Shown in pieces: positions 46,598-60,135 of a DNA stretch of 64,000 nt. A program made the position numbers and the translations under genes. The notes below the pieces were generated by a model that saw only the letters and a program-made list of their open reading frames with translations, had not been told where the DNA came from and did no database searches. The DNA is from the human T2T-CHM13v2.0 reference genome, Homo sapiens. The stretch lies in the NCBI RefSeq assembly GCF_009914755.1, contig NC_060947.1; one strand, given 5' to 3'. Position 1 is the first letter of the stretch; each line of letters begins with the position of its first letter.

Positions 46598-49500
46598 TGC
46601 AGCTTGGGCAGGCTCACCAGCCAGCCTCCCTCCCTCCAGGAGCTACGCTGCATGTCCTGGCTCTCCCATGTCCGTGCGGTTCCTGGGCTGCACCTGAGAC
46701 TGTCAGCAAAGAGATTCAGAGGGCTTGGGTCCCACAGCTTCTCTGAGAGCCTCCCCACCCCCACCCTGCCTCACCAGGGTCCTGAAGTCCTTGCTCGGTC
46801 CCAAGCCATCAAGAGGCCAGGCTCCCCACCCTTGCTTGGGGCAGCATCTGCACCTGATCCGTCTCATCCCTATCCTGGGCCTGGACCCAAAGAGGTGGGC
46901 TTGGCTGGCAGAGCAGGAGGGTGTGGAGGTTCAGGGCACCTGCCATTGGTCCTAGAGCCACCCACACCTGCACTGAGGCCTGGGGCAGGGGCTGGTGACC
47001 ACCGCACAGTGGCACCTCTCGGGAAGCCCCTTTGCCTCTCCCTTGACACCTCCCCACCATTCCTGGCCCCAGAACCCTCATCCCAGCCCCCAACATGCAC
47101 ACCCACCTGCAAGAGAGGTCCCCAGGGCCCCACCCTCAGCTCACAGATGAGTAACTTGCCCAGAGATGTATGGCTGGCTTGCTGTGAGACCAGGCTGTGC
47201 CCCTATCTGACCTGGTGCCAGGGAAGGGTGGGGAGTGAGCACGTGGTCTGTGCAAAGCCAAGCCCCGCCCTGAGCACTGGGCAAGGACCACCCCTGGCCA
47301 GAGTTTCTGACTGTCTGCCTGAGCGAGGCCGGCCCTCCATGTTGACCTCCCCATGTGCCAGGAGTCCCTGGGAAGTGACAACTCAGCCCTGCCGAGCCCT
47401 GAAGACAGACTGGCCAGATATGCTGGTGGAGACACTGGGTCTGCGGAGCCCTCGAAGGCCACTGAGGCCATTGCCCCGTTGGCCTGCCTGAGTGAGGGGG
47501 CCCCTGGGAACCGGATGGGTTTCCTGGGACAGCCTCCACAGCTCTCTAGGCCACCAGGCCCTGTGCCAGGAAGGGATAGGGACAAAGGGTCACAACCGCA
47601 GGGAACACGACAGCCACTGCCCTGGGATGGGGCTCACAGAGACAGCCAGGTGACAGGCATGAAGGATGCCGCAGGAGAGGGCCCAGCAGAGACACAGCCC
47701 AGCCCCAAGGAGCGCATGGCTCCGTCCCTGTCCTCTGTCCCTCTAACTTGTGAGCCTCCAGCATGCCCCTCTGGCCCTCGCTATCCCACCCCATCACCTC
47801 AGCACCCCCATCTCGATCTGGGCACGGCCTTCCCATTCCCCGGCCTTTCTCTACCCTGGCGGGGCCGCCCCTCTCCTTCCCCTCTGCCTCCGGGCTGCTG
47901 GATGTGGGTGGAGCAGAGGAGGAAGGGCACAGGGTGTCCGCTGCAAGGACCTCGCCCCGCCATCAGCTCTGCCTAGGACCGGGGCCTGGGAACTGAGTCT
48001 CGCCTTGCTCCCATTCCATGGCCGATTCCCCCTACCCCTGCCCCCACCCCTGAGTTCTCAGTGGAGAAAGCGCCAGACTGTGGCGGGGGCGGGAGAGGCC
48101 TGGGAAGCTGTGGGCTGTTTGCTTTGGACTCGTCCCGGCATTCCTTCTCCTCCAGCTGGCCCCTCAGATATGGCACTTCCTGTTTGGGCTGGGTCAGAGG
48201 TCAGCAGCCCACGAGGCGCTGGCCCCACTCTCCCAGCTCTCACGACCCCTCCTCCCTGCCTGGCCGCCCCGGTCCCTGCGCCTCTTGCTCAGGTCACCCT
48301 GCAGCCCCCACCTTCTCGCAGTCCCAGAGGTCAGGCCCGGGAGGCACAGGAAGTGCAGGCTGGGTGAGTCCCCGACATCTCCTGCCCACTTCTTACCACT
48401 GCCCGACAGATGAGGCAGGTGGGGAGGAGAAGGGGAGGGGCCCCTCAGCTGCAGGAGGGCAGGGGCCAGGCAGGCCACCCACAGGTGGTTAATTCCACTT
48501 CTCAGAGCCTCGGCGGGGGCTAATCCTCCTGTGACCTTCCCAACTGGGGAGGCAGGGGACTCGCACTTGGGAAATGTACCTGCGGGCTCTTGGGGTCGTC
48601 ACCTGGCCAAGGGAGAAGCTGGGCTGCAGCCGACCCCACAGGCCCGGCCAGGCCTCAGCCAACCTGCACTCCGAGATGGGGCAAAGGGACTGGGCCTTTA
48701 TTTCCCCCTCATGACTGGGACAAGGGTGCTGTTTCCAGCCCAGGGGATTCCCCAGAGGGCCAGGAGCTCAGGGCTGGGGACTTCACTTCTTGGGGCTGTG
48801 GGAGGGCTGGTCAGAGTCTAGCTGGCACCACGAGGGAATCTCTAGACAGAGCCCCAGCCCGAGAGCAAGGGCAGCCCAGCCGTGGCCCTGCACCTGCCCC
48901 TCCTTCAGCACGGGCCACGCTCCGACACCCACTCACTCCCACCTTCTCTGTGATTACTGTGCTCCTCCTCTTCGGGGTGGCTGCTGGCTCCATCTGAGGG
49001 TACAGCAGTGGGTGCAGCCAATCGGTGACCCCAAAATGCTGGGCATCTGAGGGGACATTGCAGTGACAATTGCAATAGTGATGGCAACAGGATAGGTGTG
49101 ACTAGGGTCAGAAGGGAGGCACTCATCAGTCCTCAGATGGGGATGGGGATGCTGAGGTGATGGGGTGGGACTGAGAGTAAGGACAGTGGGGACAGCTCAC
49201 AATTCAGAAGGGTGGAGAATGGGGGCAAGGAGCCGTGCCCTCCCTGGGGCTGGGCCTGTGTCTCCGGCCTGAGACCTGGGTGGGACCTTGCACCTCTGCT
49301 CCGCCTCTGCCAGCTGCAGTCCCAGAAAACTGCCCATCAGCTTCCAAATTCTTCTCCAACTGCCCCTCACTGGCCCCCCACGGGCCCACCCCTCGCCTTC
49401 GCCACATTCTGTTCTGAGCCCTCCCTCCAGCCTAACACCCCCGTTCACAAGCATCTCGCCTACTGTGCCACCCTCCACCCCCTACCCCCATAATAGCTGC

Positions 49501-52500
49501 CACCATGGCCACACGGGGACAGTCTGGGAGATGCTAAGCTGTCTGGCCCTCAGGCCAGGTGCTATCCCACCCCATCTTCTGAGCATCTGGGCCAAAGATT
49601 GCTCCGAGCTGAAGTCAGGGCTCGGGACAGGGCCCAGCCCCTTCCCACTCCCACCAGAGCCTCCTGGTGCTGCTCCTGGGCTCTGGCCTCTGGCCTCCCT
49701 GAGGGAAGACCACAGGGGTCCTAGGGTGCCCCTGGCCTCTGGCTCCCGGACTTCGGCTTCCAAGGCAACCCATCTTCCATCCTCTGGCCACGCCCCAGAC
49801 CATGCCTCTCTAAAGATAGCTAGACGCAGGCCAGGCCTCCCCGGAGCCCCCACGCAGGCCCTGAAATTACAGCCCTGGTGGCCCGGAGGGGAGAGATGCT
49901 GTGTGATTATGTCCTCAGAGGAAGGTCAAAAAAAGCTCCTGGCATGGAGAGTGCCAGCTTTCACCAGCCACACCTCGGCCATCCAGCACTGGGAAGCTTC
50001 CAGAGAGTGGAGGCTCCGCTCACTCAGCACCAGCTCAGCTGCCCCAGGGCATGTTGGCACAAGCCTCCTCCATAACCGCCCCACCCCCTGAACCCAGAGG
50101 TCCCCGCTGAGCATGAGCTTCATGCCGCTTCGAGGCCGCAGGTCATCCAGAGACCCTTGAGTGGTGATGGGGTTGCCCACTGGTGTCTGCCCCCGAGGGT
50201 GCCGACACTGGGAATGGACGAAGCCCACAGGCTCGGAGTGAGGCCCACTCAAGGCCATAAACTTGGGGCCGCTCTTGCTCAAGAGGTAACCTCGATGTGT
50301 GAGTGACAGGTCCCTGGATGGGAATTTGCCCTGGAAGCTGAGGCTCTGCAAGAGCTACTCCCCAATGACAGGCGGCCTCAGGGCACTGCCTCCTCCTCTA
50401 GAAGCTCTCCCTGCCCCCCAGTCTTGTACGGGCACATAGCACTTGTCACCTCCTTGCTTCTTGAGGGTCTTGCTGATGGTCCAGGGGGTGGGAGTGCTGC
50501 CTGTCTGCCTCGCCCACTGCAGCTCTCTGTCCCAGCTCTGTCGGCTCTCCCTCTGTCTCTCCGTCCCATCCCCAAGACAGGCATGGGCCCTTCTGTTCAC
50601 ACCATCAGAATGGAAGGGTGGGGAGGTTCGTGTCCAGGCAGAAGGGTTCGAGAAGCAGCCACCCACAGAGAAGAGGGCCCACTGGACACACTTGGGGAGC
50701 AGGGCAGAGGGAGCCCGGGGCCCAGTTCTTGTTTCCAGACCCTGGAGAATCATGGAACAAGCAGCCCACCTCTGTAGGGGACCCCTGCATAAGAGGCCAC
50801 CTCCCAGGCTCCTAGGCTCTGCCCTCTAGGACTCACACCACCCGCCAGTATTTCATGCCCAAATGGGACCAGAGAGCTCACAGCCTGCCCTCTGGGCGCC
50901 CCCACCCTGCTTCTCTCCTGGGCCTCCCTGCTGTAGCTTTGAAGACAGGGCACAAACAGCTGCAAGCCAGCTGTGGGGGACAGGCTGCAGCTGACTCCAG
51001 GTCCTCTTCCCCACACTGGCCAAGGAGATGGCAGCTGGCTTAGATCCCTGCGCCCTGCCTCCCCTCCTCCCAGCCCCCTTCTTCCGTGGCCCTCTCCCTC
51101 CCTCAGACATGTCCTTGTCCCATCCTTCCGTCCCATGGCTGCCGCCCCACCTGCTACCTTCCAGCAGCCGTCCTGGGCGCTGTCCCAGGCAGGCTGGGGT
51201 GGCAGCTGCCTGATGAGGCCTAGACCAGAGTTAGGCTCAGAGCAGGGAGACCACAGTGTGGCCTGGGGCCCTGTGCAGGGGCAACTGCCAGGGCAGGACA
51301 GCTTTCCCTGCAGGGAAGCCTGAGCAGGCTGCCCAGGGCTGCCCTCCCCACGCAGCTGAGGGGGTTGGGCTCCTTGTCAGGTGGAGAGAGCTGAGCTCTC
51401 GGCTCCATCCGGCAGGAGAAGGGGTCTCCCGGGCTGGGATGCAAGGCAAGGCTGGTGCCAGCAGGACCTTCTGGCCCTCTACAGCCTTTTGGGGGAAGCA
51501 TCCCAGCTAGGGCCTAGGGGGCCTGTGCAGTGGCATCCCAGGGTCACATACAGGCCGTGCTGGAAGGGGCCGGGTTCTGCTTCCCCCACCTCCTGCTCCC
51601 TGTCTGCCGCGGGTTCCTGGGGAGCTAAGACAGCTGTGTGTCCGCCTCCTCCCCAGGATCCCTGAGGGCCTCAGGAAATGCCTGCTCTTCCTTCCTGCCT
51701 TGCGCCCCCCGTGCCTGCCTTCCCCCTGCTTCCCCCTGCCTCCTCCCAGCCCTGAGAGGCCAGAAGGGCAGAAGGCTGCCCGCCCGCCAGCTCTGCTCGC
51801 TAGCAAGGAAGCACTGTTCCTAGAGCACTTCAGCTGGGATCAAAGTACCTTCTGCGCTGCAGAGAGAGCCCAGGCCTGAGGAGGGGGGAGTGGGAGGGGG
51901 AGCAGAAGGGGGAGGCCCTAGGACTGAGGTACTGCCTGTCTGGTCTGGGAGTGGCCCCCAAATTAGAGGGCCAGGCCGAGTGACTCAGTGGGCCCTAGCC
52001 AGGCCGAGTGACTCGGTGGGCCCCGGGCCGGGCGTGCAGTTATGGCTTATTGCAGACTGCAAACCACAGATACAAAAACCTTCCAGGTACAAGGACCGTA
52101 TTTATATGAGTATTGCCCCCAGAAGCAGCCCCCAACTTCAGGTAAGAGCTGCAAGGTGCATGCATAATGTGTCTCCCCCAAGCAGGGTGTCGCCTCATCG
52201 CCACTTCCAAGCCCCCATCCAGGAACATGCCTGGCTGAGACCTGAGGGTGAGGTCGGTGCAGGGCCGGACTGCAGCGCCGCCTGGCTCCCCTGTGTCTCC
52301 CCACACCCCCCCGCACGTGTGCTCTTCCTTCCACCGGCAACTTCCCTCTTCCCTACTGGTCTGCTCCAGGTCACCTCCTCCAGGTAGCCCTCCCGAGCCT
52401 CTGGCACTGTGCATGGCCCTGCGCCCCCACGGTATTCAGAGCTGTTTCACCCCCACTGGGACTCCTGGAGGCTGAGGCCCTGAGTGACAGCTCCTGGGTT

Positions 52501-52574
52501 CTCAGTCCCCAAGCAGTGCAGGAAGGTACTGGGTACCAGCACCTCGGGCAGCAGGCATGCCTTGAGTGGGTTTC

Positions 52575-52890
52575 TCCTTTTTTCTGAAACGGCTTTACTG
52601 AGAGTGGCTGTGCTTACCACACGATTTGCGCATTGAGCACGTACAAGGCAAGGGCTTTTATATGGTCTATTCACAGAACTGTGCAACCATCACTCAGTCG
52701 ATTGTAGAACATTTTCATCACCTCAAAAAGAAAACCCATACCTTTAGGTACCACCCCTCTAGCACCCACTGCCCACAAATCCGCTTTCTGTCCCCACAGA
52801 TGAGCCTAGTGTGGACATTTCAAATGAATGGAACCAGAGGCTCTGCGGCCTTTTGCGACTGGCTGCTGTCACTGAGCGGAATGTTTCCAA
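52575..52890 (-). mobile_element. Old L1 (L1MB-like) 3' end, antisense
   Basis: 'ttcacagaactgtgcaaccatcac', 'tagaacattttcatcacctcaaaaagaaaaccc', 'tggacatttcaaatgaatggaa'. Confidence 0.75.
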
Positions 52891-54239
52891 ATGCTTCTCT
52901 CTCCACCCAGACTGCTAGTCAGGCTTCGCTGCCTGTCCCGCTCTCTACCGACATATTTCTCCACGAATGAGTTGGCAGTGGGGGAGGGAAAGAGGGTGGG
53001 ACAGAGATGAGACCAGGCTGCCAAGAGTCGGACGCTGAGGCTGGGCAAAAGGTAAAACACACAAACCTGCCGAAAGACAAGCCATCTCCTTTGTCTGGAA
53101 AGGGCATATGTGGTCTCCAATCTCCTCATTCCAACCATGAAATCAAGAGAGAACCAGGGTTACCAGCCTGGCCCCTGGTTTCCCACGTCTCTCTTCTCCC
53201 TGGCCCAGTCTAGAAGCTTCTTGCAGGCAGGTACCACAGTTTGGTCAAGGTGCCATGCGTCCCAGGTCCTAGCCAGGCCCTGGGCTGCCGCTGGTGAACA
53301 GGAAGGGGGTCTGTGCCCTGCCATGCCCCCAGGTAGAGCTCCCCTGGGAGCATCCTCCCTGGCCTGGGACCTCCCAGACCCCACCCCCCGGTTGAGTGAT
53401 GGCACTGCCAGGGGTTGAAGACCCTCAGCCCTCGACGTTGTCCTCTCTCCATTGGATGCCGCCTCTCTCTAGCCACCCCTCTCTCCCTCTCTGCCCCTTC
53501 GAGCTTTTTCTCTCAATATGCAATTTTCTCTTTTGGTCTTCCGCACTCTTGGCCCCCAGTTCTATTGCAGATCTGTTTCTCACTCCATCTAAACTCTTAC
53601 CCCTGTGTCTCAGGAGCTGCTCTTGCTGAGGGAAGAAGGGGACACTACGGGACAGGGGGGCAGTGTCGTACTAAGGACCTGGGCTCTAGCCACTGGAGGA
53701 ACTGGACTCATTTGGGCCCTCAGGAAGCGGCTGAGTCTTGGTGGGGTAACCCGGTTAGCCCCCGTAAGTGACCAGCACAGGGCTGAGCCCAGAGGAAGTG
53801 GCCACCCACAGAGTGGTTCTCATGTCCGAGGGGACCTGCAGGGATTGAGCAAGAAGACTGACTCGCTGGATCCTTCGTCTCTGAATCAGTTCAGGGCAGG
53901 CAAGCTGGGGAGCCCCCTGCCCCGTCCTGCCACCACCAGCCGGATCGGGCCCTCTTTTTAAGGGAAGAAAGTCTGAAGTGGAAGGGAGGGCACAGGGCGC
54001 CAGGAGCCTACATGAAGTCCTTCCAGAAATCCACAACAGCTACCTCTCTGATCCTGGAGAAACCACCTCCTTGCTTAGGCCCAAGCAGGTTCCTGGCAGG
54101 CTCAGGACCAAATTCCAGGGGCCACTCATGGGCCTAGCAGCCCAAGGCCGCCTCCCCCTCGTCTTTCTTCCATCTCTCTTTCCTCTGCCTGGCGAGATGC
54201 CAGCCAGCACCTCAGTGTCCCCATCTGGGCAGTGGAAAG

Positions 54240-54520
54240 TTTGACTCTCTGGGTCCTTGTTTGAGTGAGTGCGAGTGTGTCCGTTCCTTTGCTGTCTGCC
54301 CCAGGCGGGGGAGGGGGGGGGAGGTGGTGGGGGCGAGGGGGCGGGGGCTCAGCTAGTCCAGCCGTCTACAAGAAAATTGCTCCCTTTGAAGCTGCCAGGG
54401 GGGCCGGGAAGCCTGCCCCCTCCTGCTCGCCCGCCCTCTCCGCCCCACCAGCCCCCTCCCTCCTTTCCTCCCTCCCCGCCCTCTCCCCGCTGTCCCCTCC
54501 CCGTCGGCCCGCCTGCCCAG
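54240..54520 (+). promoter_or_regulatory. BGN: BGN TATA-less, GC-rich promoter
   Basis: G-run block at 54304-54347, followed by a C-rich/GC-box tract directly upstream of the recognised 5' UTR; no TATA box. Confidence 0.75.
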
Positions 54521-54686
54521 CCTTTAGCCTCCCGCCCGCCGCCTCTGTCTCCCTCTCTCCACAAACTGCCCAGGAGTGAGTAGCTGCTTTCGGTCCGCCG
54601 GACACACCGGACAGATAGACGTGCGGACGGCCCACCACCCCAGCCCGCCAACTAGTCAGCCTGCGCCTGGCGCCTCCCCTCTCCAG
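54520..54686 (+). other. BGN: BGN (biglycan) non-coding exon 1; intron 1 continues beyond the window end
   Basis: Sequence gagtagctgctttcggtccgccggacacaccggacagatagacgtgcggacggcccaccaccccagcccgccaactagtcagcctgcgcctggcgcctcccctctccag matches my recollection of the biglycan 5' UTR. Donor CAG|GTAGGG at 54687. Start position approximate. Confidence 0.85.
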
Positions 54687-57600
54687 GTAGGGCTGGCTTC
54701 AAGCTGCCTCCTCAGCAACCCAGAGATGCCCCTGGCTCTGCTGCCTCCGCTGTCCCAAGCCCTGGTCCTGCTGTCCCCAGTGCCGCGAGGGTGTCCACAG
54801 ATTTCCCCGGTGCTCTCTGTAGGCTGCTGATCCACGCCCCTTCATCGCCACCCTGCGGCCCCCTTGGTCCCTGTCAGGCTTCTGCCTCGTCTCGCCGCCC
54901 TCCAGGCACCTTTCCCTCACCCCTTCCTCTCCCTCTCCCTTCTGACCTTGCTCTGCTTCATCCACCTCTTGTCTCTCTGCCTCCCACTCGGGGTCCGTCT
55001 TCTTGGCTACCACCCTAGAGCGTGGCTGGGTGACTGGTACCCCAGCTTTGCCAATGGCCCTGTTTCATCATTGCAAGTCCCAGGCGCATGCTCCACTCCC
55101 TCAGCCTCGCTCTGCCCAGGCGCCTCCTTGCTCCAGGGCTTGGCGCCTGGCCCGGGTTGGGTCGGATCGGGGAGGACCGCCCAGCGCCCACCGAGCTCAG
55201 CACCCAGGAGCAGTCCTCCGCTGCACTGCCTGAGGCCAGTCCTTGGCATGGGCTGAAAGACTTAGTTTCCCAGGCACACCCCAGGCACCCTGCCCAGATG
55301 TTCCTCGCTCGCTCACCCCCAGGTTAATGCTCTGCCTCTACATCCTCTGTGAGAAGTCTGGGTCCTGGGAGCCCTGGCTGCAAGGGCCCTGACTGGGGGT
55401 GCCTGGGTGGCTCAGCCCTGTCTGTTTCCAGGACCCCCTTGGACTGGGACTCAGAATGGGTGTGGAGGGGAAGGAGAGAAAATCAGGCAACTGTGCCATG
55501 CTCCCCAGGGCGGACCTGGCTTGGGGTCCCAGAGGGGCCTGCCAAGGGACCCAGGAGAGGGAGCGAGAGAGTGCCCTGGAAGGCCCACGGAGGGGAGCGT
55601 CCCCTCACTGCTCCATGGGCGGGGCTGGGTGCCTGAGCGCCTGCTGAGCAGAGCAGGGGGCCCAGGGATCTGCAGGGCACAGGGTACATCAGTCTCCAGT
55701 GGTCTGTCTTGGTGGGCAGGCCTCTCTCCTGCTGTCCTGGCTGCCAGACTGCTCAGGTCCCATCCTCAGGGGGTCCTGTTTCTGGGCCCTCGCCCCTCCC
55801 TGGCCTGCCAGCTCTCTGCCCTATAGCAACTAATTGGAACTGAGACAAGCTGGAGATGCTCAGCCCCCCTGCCCCCGTGCCAGAAAGGCTCCCGGGGACC
55901 AGCGCCCAGGGGTGCGGGTGAGCACCTCCTGGTGACACCCAGCCGCCGGTGCCAGCCGCACCCCAGGAGAGCTGGTGTATGAGCATGGGTGTCTTGGTGC
56001 GGAGCATGCCCATGTATGGCCACTGTGGGCCAGCATGGTGAGCCTTTGAGGGCAAGCCCGTGTGGGTATATTGAAAGGAAGATGCAGGGCTGCCTCCAAG
56101 CCACCAGGGCTGGGCGGTGGGAGCAGGTTGCGAGCCAGGGAGCAGAGAGGGCTCCCATGGCAAGCTGGCCAGCTGTGGGTGGCAGCCCTGGCCTCCCTGG
56201 CCCACCTTCAAGCCCCAAGGACCCGTACGGCAGTGGGCATTAACCCTACCAACGCATAGATGGGGAGTCTGGGAAAGGAAGGGGGGTGTTTCCAAGGCAA
56301 GAATGAGTTTCCTGTCTTTAGCAACATTCCAGAGTCACTCAAACAAAGCTATAGCGTGTCCCTTCCAGTGACAGCGCCAAGTCCCCAGAGGAGGGGTTTG
56401 TAATGAGTTCACACTTGACAGTTAGCACTCAGAGCCTTCAGCAAGGGCTTCTGAGTCCTTGCCACCCCGTATAGAGGTGGGATGAGGACCTCCCCACCTG
56501 CCGTCTCCTGTGCTTCCCGGGCCCACCCCCCACCCCCCACCCCCCAGCATCTCCAGCCTGCCCGGAAGTCACATGTCCTCGGCCCACAGAATCCCCAGCA
56601 CACGCCCCACCCACAGGCCTAGCCCCAGCCCTGGGGTCCCTGGCACCCCACCTGCCAGGGCCCCTCCCCTGCCTTGCTCACCCCCCAACACCCCTGCTTG
56701 TCGGAAATGTCTTCCCATGCCCACCACGACCCCCTCCCACTCATCTGTGGGCCGGAGAGCTTGGTCCCTGCCGCACGTTGCCCCCCTAGCATCCAGGCCC
56801 ACCACCGAGCCCCCGACAGGCCTGGGAGCCCCACTGGTGGGTGGGGACCCACCAGCTGGGGGTCTTGCTCACACCGAGGGGCTGGGGGTGGCGGTGGCTT
56901 TCCCAGGGCACCCTGCCTTGGGCTGCAGGCCGCTGGGTGGGCACCGGCTCCCTCGGAAGGCAGCGCAACCCGGGATCCTGCCGGCCCTGGCCCCCACCCT
57001 GCCGACCGGGCCTGGGGCGATCAGTGCCCCAGCTCCTGTCCTCTTCTGCTCAGATGCTGGGTTGGGAGATCAGGGGCCACAGCTCGGCCACTCAGAGCCC
57101 TTTCCGCAAGTCTTAGAGGGACCAGCTGTGGGGTGTGTGCAGGGGGCTGCGCTGTGGGGAGGGCGCATGGCTCAGTCCTCCTGGCCTGAGGCCCGCCTAG
57201 CCTAAGTGGCCTCCAGGACCCATGGCCAGGCCCTTCTGCAGCCTTCCAGAAAGAACCAGCTTCCCAGGGTTCCCTGGGGAAGGCCTGGGGCCACCTCCTC
57301 TGGAGGGGTGGGGCCTGTGCTTCATTCCTCCTTCCCCAGGTCCCCTTCCAGGCCAGAAGATCCCCTCCACCACTTGAATCCCACAGCCAGAAGCCCCTTC
57401 TGGGACTCTAGACTCCTGGGAACCATCCCAGCTGCCCCCTTCGCTGTTTCGCTGTTTGCCTTCTTCCCCTGCCCCGTCATGGCTCTAGGTCAGAGCAGCC
57501 TCTGGGGTGGCTATGGAGGGGCCACCAGCCTTGGCTCTTCCGAGGACTGCAGAACCCTCCCACTCCCAGCTTCCCACCTGCGCAGCTCTGATCCCAGCCA

Positions 57601-60135
57601 GCCCAAGGGGCAGGGTCAGGTCCCGGCTCCCTGGCAGGCCTGGTGAAGGTGCTGCCCATTCCCATGAGGCTCATCTCTGAGGCTTAGGGGCCTGGGGCTC
57701 TAGCCAGCCTTCTTGCATGGAACTCTCCTGGTCCACTGCATCTTAAGCCTGAGCTCCACTTAAACACTGGCCTGAGATAAGCTGGAGGACCAGGGGCCCA
57801 ACGGACTCTGTGGGCCTCTTGAACTTGCCTCTGCTGGCCATCCCAGTCCTGTTTGGTCCCTGAGGTGTTCAGATGGGCCAAGGGGAGCATGGCGGGCAGA
57901 CTCCTGGGTGGCCAGAAGATTAGAAGGCAGCCCTGTCCCTGGAGGCAGGGGAAGTCTGGGAAGCCAGTGTGACTTCTATCCTCTGGAAGTCTGAGTCCCT
58001 GCTTGGCCTTGACTGCCATCCCATGGTTCTTGGAGGCTGCCCTCATGCAAAGAGACACACACCCATGGGAGCCCAGCAGTCCCAGGAGCCTGAAGCTAAG
58101 CAGGCTGTGGGCCACCCTGGCTGGCTGAAGGAGGCTAATCCCAGCCCAGCCTGAGCCCCCGGCAGAGAGCGGGTTGCGGCAGGGAGGGGCTGCAGGAAAC
58201 CTTCCCCTCCCCTCCTGGCCTTGGTGGGCCTGTACCAGGGAGGGAGGGAGGCAGGGCCCCAGGCTCTGGGGGGCAGGCCGGGAACACCTTCCCTGGGGCC
58301 CTGAAGTGCTCGCCTGGGGAGACGATGGCTTTTCCAGGAGACTCCCTGCAGACAGAGGCAGAGGTGAGAGGCTGGGCGGGGGCTGCCCTGCTGGCTGTGT
58401 TGGGGCTGAGGAGGGGCTTCTGGATCTGTGGGCCATAGGGAGCTACTGATGGTCCTCAGAAGGGCCATGCTTCCAGGGGATCCCCCTGCACAGCCCCGAG
58501 AGTGTGAAGCGTGTCAGCTTTGGGGCCTGTGGCACTGTGTGCATTGGGAGAGGGTGGGTCCAGACATGGGGGCAAGGACACAGACGGACAGACAGACAGT
58601 GTGTGCAGCCCCAGCTCTGCTGTTTCCTCACCGTGTGGCCTTGGGCAAGAGTTTGGGGCCAACTTCCTGAGCCTCAGTTTACCCCTTCATCAAGTTCTAA
58701 GAGCATTGCTTCCTTCTTATAGTCAACGGGGGACGGCAGGATGCTAAGTAAAGAAATCACATGAGTCCCCTGCTCTGCCTCTGAGAGGTGACAGCATCCT
58801 CCCTTTTCCTTGGAGACTCTAGCAGGAGGCCCCGGATCTCTTCGGAGAGTGGGAGGGGGCAGCAGTAGTCCGTGTGCAGAGGACCAGGAGCGCACAGTGG
58901 GAAGGGCTGAGTCCCGCACTCCGCCGACTGTGGGGACAGGCTGGACCTTGACACGGGCGCCACAGGCTGCAAAGGGCTGGCACAGAGAGGTGGGAGGTGG
59001 CTGGGCGCATCAAGGGAGAACTCCACCCTTGTCGCCACCCTGCCAGAAAACCTCTGGAAAGGATTTGAGCAGCAGATGAGCCGGGGTTTCCCAGCCCCTC
59101 CACACGTGGCTGCAAGGGGAGCAGACGCCCAAGCGTGGCTGCCTGAAGGGCATGCTCCGGCAACGGCAGGGGCTTGGAATGTGGCACAAGGTCCACCCCT
59201 CCCCACTCCAGCCCCCAGCCCCTCAGGCAGCCACTCCCACAGATGAACGCCCACGCCGGGCTTTGGCAAGGCCAGGGAGGGTACACATCCCCTCTCTGGT
59301 TGATGCCCAAGTACAGGCTGGAGCCATCGGCGGGGAGGGACTGGTGGACTGGGGCCTGGGAGAGTGGCAGGGGGCAGGCCGGGTGTCAGCGGGGGCACAA
59401 GCACCAGGCTGCTGGTTGAAACTGGGCCCAAAAGGCTTTGGAGGCCAGAGGGGAGGGGAGGAAGGACACAGTCCCGGGGACCCCGCAGGGCTGCGTGGAA
59501 GGTGGCACATGTGTCAGAGTTCAGGTCGGGTTGCTCAGGGGGGCAGACGCCCAGGGCTGAGGCTGCGGAGACAGCATCCGGCGTCTGCCACTTGGCAGCT
59601 GTGAGCCACACCATCTGCAGGCGAGCTCCCAGGGCCCGCCAGACCTCAAGCCCTGCTCCCGCCGCCCTTGGCCTGGCCTGAATGCCTGGCACGGACCCTC
59701 CATGTTCTCAGAGGCTGCCAACGCATCTTGTTTGGCTGTGACCTCGAGCAATCCAGTGCAGAGGACTGCGCTAGCTTTCAGAGGGGCAGACAAGGAGGGC
59801 CCTATTGGGGTGGTGGCGGAGGCTCCAGGAAGCCCAGCCTCCTCCCTCACTCACACCTGCGGTCGCCAAACCTGGGGCTTATGCCATTGCCGCCCCTGTC
59901 CTTTGCTCTAAAGAGATGGTATCCAGGGAGCTCAGGGCACACTTTGGTGGGGCTTGAAACCCTCCCTGAAGTCCCTGAAGACACACCCAGAGAGGCCAAT
60001 GAAGGGAAACTGAGGCCCAGAGGCCTCAGTTGTGGTGGTGGAGAGTTGAGGACTGGAGGGACTTGCTGTGGGTCTCACAGGATCTGACTATGGGGTATTC
60101 CTGCTTCCTGGGCTGGGGTCCCCGCCTGCCTTATC

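Noticed and set aside
46226-47491. Longest ORF in the track (421 aa) and other long GC-rich ORFs (e.g. 34121-35098, 38360-39328, 58757-59692)
   Set aside because: Non-ATG starts, Pro/Gly/Arg-rich low-information translations and no domains; expected by chance at this GC content. The 421-aa ORF runs through the ECMX-like poly(A) signal.
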